From NCBI RefSeq assembly GCF_006345805.1, contig NC_043015.1, positions 20,646,001-20,710,000 on the forward strand: a stretch of DNA of 64,000 nucleotides, given 5' to 3'. This DNA is from Octopus sinensis (taxonomy: Eukaryota). The notes below the pieces were generated by a model that was not told where the DNA came from, did no database searches, and saw only the letters and a program-made list of their open reading frames with translations. The position numbers and the translations under genes were made by a program. Below, piece by piece: positions 13,441 through 23,512 of the stretch. Positions within the stretch are counted from its first letter, which is position 1; each line of letters begins with the position of its first letter.

Positions 13441-13629
13441 TCTTTACTTTTTCACTTACAGGCAAAGCCTAACATTTGAGTGAAGGAGTTACTGGTTTAT
13501 ATCAACCCAAACGCATGAGTGGTACTTTATCGACTCCGTAGACATGATGTTATATCTGGTCATTTGCAATATGAAATTTATGGATAACAAATGCTAAATA
13601 ATACAAAAGCCTTTTAAGAAATTCAGAAT

Positions 13630-13679
<50 letters not shown>

Positions 13680-13734
13680 TACACACACACACATACACAC
13701 ACACACACACACAGAAACAATGGTATATACTCGG

Positions 13735-13975
13735 CCTAATATGGTCGAATAGTCAAGTAGTTCGCTTTATAAACACGAGTTCTTGTGTTCGATCCTACGC
13801 TTGTAACACAATGGTAAAGGCCCTTTTCTGAAGCCTCTAGTTAACACACACTTGAGTAGATTAAAATTGTGCAGAATCCCGTCGGTTTCTCTTTATCTGT
13901 AATTCAAAAGTGTAACCATGCCTCGCTATGTAACGCTGATTACCATCCGAGAATTACATTAAGGGTACACATGGC
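13735..13975 (+). mobile_element. tRNA-derived SINE with family-B-like body and tail module X
   Basis: GTGTTCGATCC B-box; 3' part CTGTAATTCAAAAGT...CGAGAATTACATTAAGGGTACAC is homologous to the tail of the 58197-58510 element. Confidence 0.6.
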
Positions 13976-14109
13976 AATAGTAATAACCACCAACACGCTG
14001 GCTGACCTGTGGTGAACACCTCCTCCACCTCCTCCTCCTCCTCCTCCTACTACTACTACTACTACTACTCTACTACTACTACTACTGTTGAGGTTAAGAT
14101 TGCTAATCT

Positions 14110-14295
14110 GGCAATTCAACGAAGGAGATACTGTCTCCGTGGTTGGCTGCTCGACTTGCTAGAGAAAATAGCGAAAACTCCCTCTAAATTAATCCCGATC
14201 TGTTTAAAAAGTGTTTTGACACACCGGATAAAGCGCTGACTCGATACACGACACAGAGTAGAAAGTGGCGGTAGCCATGACTGGAACCTGATGAT
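14110..14295 (+). mobile_element. Repeat family E copy
   Basis: GTGGTTGGCTGCTCGACTTGCTAGAGAAAATAGC core shared with 18995-19205. Confidence 0.6.
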
Positions 14296-14466
14296 AATCA
14301 ATCATGTGTATAACACAAGCAGAGTTACTCAAGAGACAAACAGGAAGAAGAACAACAACAACCACATCAACAGCTACAATACGTACTAAAACTACAACAA
14401 CAACTGTTGCTTTGAAAAGTTGCTGACTGTCGACAACGTTATGTGTTGATATTCAAGATTCTTGCA

Positions 14467-14508
<42 letters not shown>

Positions 14509-14899
14509 GTTGTTGTTGTTGTGTTGTTGTTGTTGGTTTACATCATGTCACAAAAATAGGAAGAAATGAAAGAAATACATAACTGATGAATTCATTAATC
14601 TCGAGGCAAAATCCTTAATTAATAAAATTAATGGTGACAATTTTCTTTTCATATTTCGATTTTTCGTTTTTTTAATTATTTTTTTTTGTGTGTGTGTGTT
14701 AGAAATTTTTTCTTCTTTCTATTTTATTCCCTTATTTATTTGTTGTCGTTTTGTTACGAAATCCGTTGGAACTAGTGTTGAGTCCTGAAGCCACACATTT
14801 TCAAGTAGAAATTTACCAACGCTTGCCGAGGGCGGTGTTGTGTCTTTAACAAATTCCCAGTGAACACTACTAATAATAATGGCAACGAGGTTAACGATA

Positions 14900-15197
14900 A
14901 GGATGACGATCATGACGATGATGATGATGTAGGAGGAGACAGAATACAATAATAATAACGATAATAATAATAATAACAATAATAATAATAATAACAATAA
15001 TAATAACCACGATAATAATATCAGCAATTATTAAAATAGTAATAATAGCAGTATTAATAATAACATCCATAATAATATTAATAATAGTAATTAAAAGTAA
15101 TGATAAAATAATTATAACAACATCAACCACATAATTTCTAACGTATTTTTATTTGAATATTACCATAAAAATATTCGTAAACAGTTCCATCGTCATC

Positions 15198-15236
<39 letters not shown>

Positions 15237-15336
15237 GTGGTACATGTCCCTGGTGTACCCGAGCGTCGCTTTGATGGCGTGTGCTGCTCGCTCACTCAAT
15301 AATAGTGGTTTCAAATATTTGGTAGCAAGCCAGCAC

Positions 15337-15369
<33 letters not shown>

Positions 15370-15413
15370 TAATCATAATAATAATAATCATAATAATAAT
15401 AATAATAATAATA

Positions 15414-15447
<34 letters not shown>

Positions 15448-15540
15448 CATAATAATAATAATATAATAATATAATAATAATAATAATAATAATATAATAA
15501 TAATAATAATAATAATATAATAATAATAATAATAATAATA
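14900..15540. repeat. (GAT)n/(AAT)n/(CTA)n microsatellite array
   Basis: Directly visible; immediately precedes the LINE stack. Confidence 0.9.
15240..15303 (+). mobile_element. 5'-truncated, internally deleted relic of the 540-bp element
   Basis: CATGTCCCTGGTGTACCC-GAGCGTCGCTTTGATGGCGTGTGCTGCTCGCTCACTCAATAAT matches the 3' end of 21862-22401 and 47852-48390. Confidence 0.8.
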
Positions 15541-16074
15541 AAGACATTATATTTGAAAAACTTCAGACAGAAATCATGCCTCCTCATTGATATGATTGTC
15601 CCAATCAATATAAATGTATCTGTCAAGACCTACGAAAAACTAAGCGAATATAAAGATCTTGAAATAGAAATTGGAAAAATATGGAAATTGGCAAAATGTG
15701 GAACCTCATTTTGGCAAAATATGGAACCTCAAGACTAAAACGATACCTGTTGTCATGGGTGTCCAAGGAATAATAGCAAAAGGAGCTGACTTCTAACTAG
15801 CTCAGATACCATGAAACCGCAAAATGGCAGAAATTCAAAAGATAATGCTCATGGGAACTGCCCATATCCAACGTAAAATATTGTCTATGTAATCTCAAAT
15901 TTTAAAACAAACACATAACATAATTTTCTTATATTTTTTTAAACATTCTCTAGAACCAAATATATGACACCCGAGGCATAACACCAATATGAACTTCTAA
16001 GTTGTTATCTCTTAAGGTCTCTAGGTGAGACTTGGAGCAAACTTGTACAAATATAATGCAAAAGTTAAACATAT
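15541..16074 (+). mobile_element. R4/Dong-like LINE 3' fragment (RLE C-terminus plus 3' UTR)
   Basis: KSCLLIDMIVP...EKLSEYKDLEIEI...KTKTIPVVMG...EIQKIMLMGTAHIQRKILSM* (stop 15890-15892); flanked by (TAA)n on both sides. Confidence 0.85.
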
Positions 16075-16081
16075 AATAATA

Positions 16082-16123
<42 letters not shown>

Positions 16124-16214
16124 TAATAATAATAATGATAATAATAATAATAATAATGATAAGGATAATGATAATGATAATAATAATAATAATGATAACA
16201 ACAACAACAACAAC

Positions 16215-16264
<50 letters not shown>

Positions 16265-16301
16265 TAAGGATAATGATAATGATAATAATAATAATAATGA
16301 T

Positions 16302-16334
<33 letters not shown>

Positions 16335-16355
16335 AATAATAATAATAATAATAAT
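16075..16355. repeat. (TAA)n/(CAA)n array between two LINE fragments
   Basis: Directly visible. Confidence 0.95.
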
Positions 16356-17820
16356 AAGCAACCTTGAAATGAGGAAAACTAGTGAACAGTAGCAACATCA
16401 CACTAGATAAAGCAAATGAAATAAGAAAATTAGACCAAAGCCAGACATACAAATATTTAGGAATGAATGAACTAGATACGATACAGCACACACAAATAAA
16501 AGAGAAAGTAAAAAAGAATACTATAGACGAGTTAGATTAATACAGGAAACAGAACTCAATGTGCAAAACAAGATAATAGGCATCAACACACTAGCCATTC
16601 GAGTTATCAGTTACAGCTACAATATCCTCAACTGGACACTAAATGAACTAACCAAAGTAGACAGGAAAACAAGAAAAATAATGACAGGATTTAGGATGCA
16701 CCACCCAAAATCTGACATAGGAAGGTTATATATACAACGTATAGAAGGTGGTAGATGCCTTATACAGCTGGAAAACTATTATAAAATAACCACCACAGGA
16801 CTGCAAAAATACCTACTTCAGAAGCGAGGAAAACTAATACAAATAGCCACAAAACACGAAGAAAACAAAAAAACTGTTTTCAGTCTTTAAGGAAGTTGAC
16901 AAATACAAACAAGAAGTCATACTACCTAACAACATTGAAGAAGAAACAGCAAAAGCTGTAAAACAACTAAAATCCAAACTAAAACTAGAACAGCAACGGA
17001 TCATGATAAATCGATGGTAAGAAGAGACCCTTCATGGCAAATTCCCTGCAATGGCTGAGCTCAGGACTTAAAGCAGAGACTGAAGGATTTTTAATTGCAG
17101 CACAAGACCAAAGCCTCCCCACCAGAAATTACCAAAAAAATATAATGAAAAGAAACATAACAAGTAACTGCAGAACATGTAGAGGTGGACAAGAATCAAT
17201 AAACCATATTGTCTCTGGCTGCCCAGTCCTGGCCAAGAAGGAATATATTCACCGACACGACAGAGCTTGAACCTACAAACACTGGAAGCTATGCCAACAC
17301 TATGGAATAACAACAGAAAAAAGATGGTACAAGCACACGCGAGAAAAGGTCACAGAAAATGAGAAAAAACAACAATACTATGGGATATGCCAATACACAC
17401 AGCTAGAAAAATTAAGGCCAATGGGCCAGATATAGTTGTCAGAGATCACGAAGAAAAAGAAATGCTTCCTAATGGATGTATCAATAACAACAGATATACA
17501 ACGTTTCTCTAAAAGAAATGGAGAAACTTTCAAAATAAAAAGACCTGGAAATAGAGGTAACTCGAAAGTGGAGTCTAAAAGGAGAAACAATTTCTATCAT
17601 AGAAGGTGCATTAGGAATGATAAAAAATATTCAGACAAATACATAACAAAAACAACAGGACTTACAAATATAGATAACATACATAAAAAAGGCACTACTA
17701 GGCACTGCACACATCCTACATAAAACACTTTCAATACAGTAAATATAAGAGCATCACAGCAAACCACAGCATATACCCAAGGCACACAGGGCTGCGCTCG
17801 GTAGTGCAGTGAAAGCACGT

Positions 17821-17822
<2 letters not shown>
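16356..17822 (+). mobile_element. R4/Dong-like LINE, 5'-truncated and frameshifted (RT C-terminus, CCHC knuckle, RLE)
   Basis: YKYLG; MHHPKSDIGRLYIQRIEGGR; AAQDQSLPTRNY; CRTCRGGQESINHIVSGC; YIHRHD; PDIVV...CFLMDVS; GTAHILHKTLSIQ* (stop 17740-17742); short 3' UTR then (TAA)n. Confidence 0.92.
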
Positions 17823-17864
<42 letters not shown>

Positions 17865-17889
17865 CAATAATAATAATAATAATAATAAT

Positions 17890-18088
17890 CCTTTCTACTA
17901 TAAGCACAATACCTGAAATTTGGTGGAAAGGGATAAGTTGATTACATTGACCCCAGTTTTTCACTGGTATGTAATTTATTGACCCCGAAAGGATTAAAAG
18001 CAAAGTTGACCTCAGCGGATTTTGAACTCAGAACGTTGTGTCGGGCGAATTACCGTCCATCGTTCTAAAGTTCTGCCAGCTCGCCACC

Positions 18089-18142
<54 letters not shown>

Positions 18143-18412
18143 TTACTACTACTACTACTATAATAATAATAATAATATAATAATAACAACAATAATAATA
18201 ATAATAATAATAATCCTTTCTACTATAAGCACAATACCTGAAATTTGGTGGAAAGGGATAAGTTGATTACATTGACCCCAGTTTTTCACTGGTATGTATT
18301 TATTGACCCCGAAAGGATTAAAAGCAAAGTTGACCTCAGCGGATTTTGAACTCAGAACGTTGTGTCGGGCGAATTACCGTCCATCGTTCTAAAGTTCTGC
18401 CAGCTCGCCACC

Positions 18413-18414
<2 letters not shown>
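17890..18414 (-). mobile_element. Two near-identical tandem SINE family A copies
   Basis: 17890-18090 and 18215-18414 differ by a single-base indel in the part I compared. Confidence 0.9.
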
Positions 18415-18466
<52 letters not shown>

Positions 18467-18482
18467 TTACTACTACTACTAC

Positions 18483-18522
<40 letters not shown>

Positions 18523-18994
18523 TAATAATGACGACGACGATGATGATGATAATAGTGATGGTGATGGATATAATAAAATACAACGGCTGTGTTGATGATG
18601 ATGCTGTGGGTATTATGAAGAGTAACGGCTATGGGTTGTGGCTGCCAGCGCGGGTAAGAATAGTAATGATGATGAAGCCGATGACTACTCTGTTTCTATT
18701 GATGACAATGATGATGATAACGGTGATGATGATAATGATAATGACGTCGGTACTAATTTGTATTCATGTTGGAAATTTGGTTTTTCCTAATAAAAATAAT
18801 TTTAAAAAATCGAGTCATTCTCTGAATCTTGGCGTTCTTTCCTGTGTCTCAGTTTGAATAATTTATTGCGCGTTGGTCGTATCATTACATTAGCAATGGG
18901 AGGATTGCTTTTATCCTATCTCTTTCTCACTTTCAGACCCTCTTCCCTCGCTGTCCCCCATTCTACTACAACAACATCTATTGATGTAACGAGG

Positions 18995-19205
18995 CAACAA
19001 AGAATCTTCCTACGTGGTTGATCGGTCTGCTAGAAATAGTAAGCAAATCTTTATCAATTTATACCATTCCGTCGTACAAACGAAGAACACCTCCAGTAAA
19101 AATATACTTGGATTTCACACATATAGGGAAAACACGAGGTCCTTACCCCTGGAATGTGTTTAATCGGTTCGATCATGGCTAGGGTAAAATAACAACAACA
19201 ACGAT
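18995..19205 (+). mobile_element. Repeat family E copy with (CAA)n tail
   Basis: GTGGTTGATCGGTCTGCTAGAAATAG...CTGGAATGTG...GCTAGGGTAAAATAACAACAACAAC. Confidence 0.65.
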
Positions 19206-19394
19206 TCCTACGCCTACTACTCCTTCCTTCCATCCTATTCTGATGGAGTCGTAAGAGCGCCGAAATGACAAGTTGTCTTAATTAGACATTATAAAAGCTG
19301 TACAAAACATATATCTATTTGGACGAAGCGGTTGAATTCGTTGTTTGTCAGAGTTTCTCGCTACACGAAAAAAATATTCAGTTATTTCTTCCTT

Positions 19395-19565
19395 TTTCTT
19401 TTTTAATCATTGGACTCTGGCCATCCTGGAGCACCGGCTTGAAAGACTGTAATCGAACAAATCGAATCAGGTACTTATTTTCAAGTTTGTTCCTTGTTTT
19501 ATTATTTGGCCGAACGTAAACAAACCAACAACAGTTATCAAGTAACGGTGATAGCGACACACACA

Positions 19566-19596
<31 letters not shown>

Positions 19597-19745
19597 CACG
19601 GTGTTTCCGTCTACCAAATTTATGCACAAGGCATTGGTCGACACCAGGCTATAGCAGAAGACATTGGGCAAAGATAGCGTGCAGTTGGACTGAACCTGAA
19701 ACCTCGTGGTTGCATAGCGAAGCTCTTAACCACACAGCTACACCT
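19395..19745 (-). mobile_element. SINE family B
   Basis: TTTCCGTCTACCAAAT...CAAGGCATTGGTCGAC...GCTATAGCAGAAGACA...ACTGAACC; internal (CA)n. Confidence 0.8.
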
Positions 19746-20439
19746 TTTAAACTTTTAGTGTTTTTGTTCCCATTCATTTTTTCTAAAAGAAGATTAAAGC
19801 TATTCAAATACTGCCGAGATCCCCTTTGCTTTTCATCGTTTCGAGGGGTCTAGAAAAGAAAATACCAGTACTGAGGTCAATGAAATCGACTTGTCTCTTC
19901 CCTTCAAAACTGGTGGCCGAGTGCCAAAATTTGAAAGCATTTTAAACTTGTGTCACCGATGTTGGGCCTCTGATCCGGAATCGAAATTGCAATACAGAAT
20001 CGGACACTACGAAACGTATCCTCAAACCACAACACGATAGAATTAAATTTTAATAGTGCGAAAAAACAACCATTATTCATTCAAAATTTCATACAATTTT
20101 AACATTGTTTGTTATAGTTTCTGTAAATTTTTATGCATATATTTATAATTTCTATATTTTGTCCTATTTTTTTCTTCAAAATTAAACATGAAGGGAACTC
20201 TGGGAATTGCTAGGGGAAGATATCCTAACTTTTATTCTAATCACATTTTAATTAGATTTTTCGCTTTAGGGGTCAATAACAACCCTTTACTTAAATTCTT
20301 TAGTTATTTTTCTGTGACATGAACTTTACAATAATGAAATCCGTGTTTTCCTTTCAATTAGATGAGATGAAAGAATAAAAAAAGTAAACAAAAAAGTCAT
20401 AAAAATTCAAACAATGGCGACAACAATATTATAATTACA

Positions 20440-20830
20440 ATATTGGTAATGATAATGATGCAAGTGAAGTTGTTGGTTATGATTGTAATGGATATGTTGA
20501 TGATGATTATGATGTAATGATGATGGAGATGATGACTGTGATGCTGCTGATGATGATTACGACAATGACCATGATGGGCATAATGATGATTACCATGATG
20601 TTGATAATGATGATGACGATGTTGATGATAGTGATGATAACGGTGGTGATGATGGTGATGATGATGATGGTGATGATAATGATGATGATGCTGATGATGC
20701 TAACGATGATGATGTTGGTGATGTTGATAATGATGTTGATGATAATAATCAACATGGCAAGGATGATGATGATGATGGCACCACTGATTTCAATCATTAT
20801 GATAATGATGCTGATGAAGATGGTGAAAAT
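20440..20830. repeat. Degenerate (GAT)n tract
   Basis: Directly visible; yields a poly-M/poly-D pseudo-ORF. Confidence 0.9.
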
Positions 20831-21496
20831 ATTAATGAAATCATATTCATATGACTTTATATAACAAAAGCTATAACAACAGCCCTAAACAACACACATA
20901 AATCAAACACACACACACACACATACACACACACATACACTTCATTCTCTGTAATGATAAACGGATATAACAAGAAAAACAAATATTGAAATAAGAAAAT
21001 GGTGTAAAAATTTGCCCAGAAATAATAAAATCTTTCCAAGAACGAAACAGAAAGAAAAAAAAAGCAGAAAGTGATGATGATGATGGTGATGATGATGATG
21101 ATGATTGTTTGCCTCAAGGGCGATAGGTGTGGACACATTACAAGGACTAATTAAAGCACCAAACAATAGGTCTTTCATATATTTGAATATGAAGGAATAG
21201 GTATTTACTGCTGCTGATGAAAGAAGTATCATAACAACGAGAACAGTTTTAATGATAATGATAATAATTACGATGATGATGATGATGACGACGACAACGA
21301 CGTCATTTGGTTTCCATTTTACATTTATTCAGCAATTTTTCGCTGCTGAATTATTAAAAGTTTCCATGCATTTAGCTATGCTAACAATAATTATAATAAT
21401 GGTAACATTATACTTAAATATACTAATAAAGTAAATAACGATGAGACTACTACTACTAGTAGTAGTAGTTGTAGCAGCAGCAGCAGTAGTAGTAGC

Positions 21497-21545
<49 letters not shown>

Positions 21546-21591
21546 ATAATAATAATAATAGTAGTAGTTTTAATAGTAACATTAATAATAA

Positions 21592-21802
21592 TCTTTGCTA
21601 CTATAGGCATAAAGTCTGAGATTGGGTGGGGGGGAACCAGTCGATTACATCGACCCCAGTGTTTCGCTGGTACTTAATTGGTCAACCCTGAAGGATGAAA
21701 CGTAGAGTCAACCCGGTAGAATTTGAACTGGGAACGTGAACACGGACTAAATGCCGCTACGCATTTCCCCCGATATGGTGATGATTCTGTCAGCACGCCA
21801 CC

Positions 21803-21803
<1 letters not shown>
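21592..21803 (-). mobile_element. SINE family A
   Basis: CTATAGGCATAAAG...GATTACATCGACCCCAGT...GAATTTGAACT...TCAGCACGCCACCTT, between (TAG)/(TAA) arrays. Confidence 0.85.
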
Positions 21804-21861
<58 letters not shown>

Positions 21862-21863
<2 letters not shown>

Positions 21864-22401
21864 AGGCAGTGGCTCTCATGGCTTCTGATCTTAACTGATG
21901 GGAAGTGTTATCATGTACATTGTATTGTCTTGGTATAAAAGATGGGCTACAGCAAATATTCTGCTCAATACCACAGATTTGCTTGTCAGTTGTTTGACCT
22001 TAACCGGTTGAGCATGTCCCTTAGTGGCTGACGATATGTGCATCTCTGATCACGAGCAGAAGTAGTGGGGGAGCATCATAGCCATGTGTTGAGAGGGATT
22101 CTTTGGGGTTTGAATAATTCACCTCTGGAAACATAGGTGGTTCTTTCAACATCCTTAAACAACCCTTATTCAGGGACCTTTTAAGCGGGATGGGCTACTC
22201 AACCTGAAGAAAATTCTAACTGGGCCCCACCTACAAGGTCATGTGCTGTTTATCTTGATATGAGATCACCATGTCGCGCACATATGGTTGTGATGCATGT
22301 GCCTGGAGTACCCTTATCAGACGGGTAGTCATGATGGGTATATTGGGCTTCGTATATTTTACCCCAGTGTCACTTTGATGGCATGAACTGCTCTCTCACT
22401 C
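21862..22401 (+). mobile_element. Unclassified ~540-bp element flanked by (AAT)n (copy 1)
   Basis: Collinear with 47852-48390 over its whole length; no ORF and no tRNA A/B boxes recognised; ends CTCTCTCACTC-(AAT)n. Confidence 0.9.
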
Positions 22402-22452
<51 letters not shown>

Positions 22453-22503
22453 TTAATAATAATAATAATAATAATAATTATAATAATAATAATAATAATA
22501 ATG

Positions 22504-22553
<50 letters not shown>

Positions 22554-22587
22554 AATAATAATAACAATAATAATAATAATAACAATG

Positions 22588-23013
22588 GTTTCATATTTTG
22601 CCAGAAGGGCAGCAATTTTGTTCAATTGCTACTTATTTTTATTGACTCTGAATGGATGAAAGGCAAAGTCGACCTCGGCGGAATTTGAACTCAGAACGTA
22701 GCGGCAGACGAAATACCGCTCAGCATTTCGTCTAGCGGGCTAACGATTCTGTCACCTCAGCGCCTTAATAATAATATTAATAATAATAATAATGATAATA
22801 ATAATAACAATCTTTTCTACTCTAGGCACAAGGCCTGAAATTTTGGGCCAGTCGACAAGATCGCCCCCAGTACGCAACTGGTACTTAATTTATCGACCCC
22901 GAAATGATGAAAGGCGTAGTAGACCGCGGCGTAATTTGAACTCAGAACTTGAAGACAAAATACCGTTAAGGAGTTCGCTCGGCGTGCTAACGTTTCTGCC
23001 AGCTCGCCGCCTT
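22588..23013 (-). mobile_element. Two co-oriented SINE family A copies separated by (TAA)n
   Basis: 22588-22766 and 22810-23013; GAAAGGCAAAGTCGACCTCGGCGGAATTTGAACTCAGAAC core. Confidence 0.85.
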
Positions 23014-23354
23014 AACAACAACTACAACAACAACAACAATAATGATAATAATAATAATGATGATGATTATGATGATAATTTTGTTACTCTTATGTGGATA
23101 GAATGTATTTGAATGACTGCCAAGGTCGATGCTTATTAATTGCCTGTCATTTGTTTATTCCTTTTGTCTCCTACCGTGTTAATAAATTGAAGGATTTGCA
23201 ACAATGTCCTTCAGAAATTATCCACGGCTGGGGCCCATTATTTCATTTGCTGCTGTTGTTCTCAGCCTCAGCAGTCGGATCCGCGAACAGAAGATCAGAT
23301 ACAGTCGTCAGAGTTTCTTTCGTGTGTATGCACATTTAGATATGTATGTACGTG

Positions 23355-23427
<73 letters not shown>

Positions 23428-23478
23428 TGTGTTTGTGTGTTTGTCTGTAAACGCTGATTGTATCAGTTATAATCTATA

Positions 23479-23512
23479 CTTTCGGAAGAAGAGCGTAGAC
23501 TCGAAAATATAA
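23479..23512 (+). ncRNA. Degenerate minimal hammerhead-like motif (PLE terminal repeat relic)
   Basis: CTTT-CGGAAGA-A-GAGC-GTAG-ACTC-GAAA; same family as 60366-60402. Confidence 0.4.

Noticed and set aside
20507-20864. Poly-M/D/I/H ORFs here and at 41014-41277 and 62229-62735
   Set aside because: Frames of (GAT)n microsatellites, open because the repeat lacks stops.
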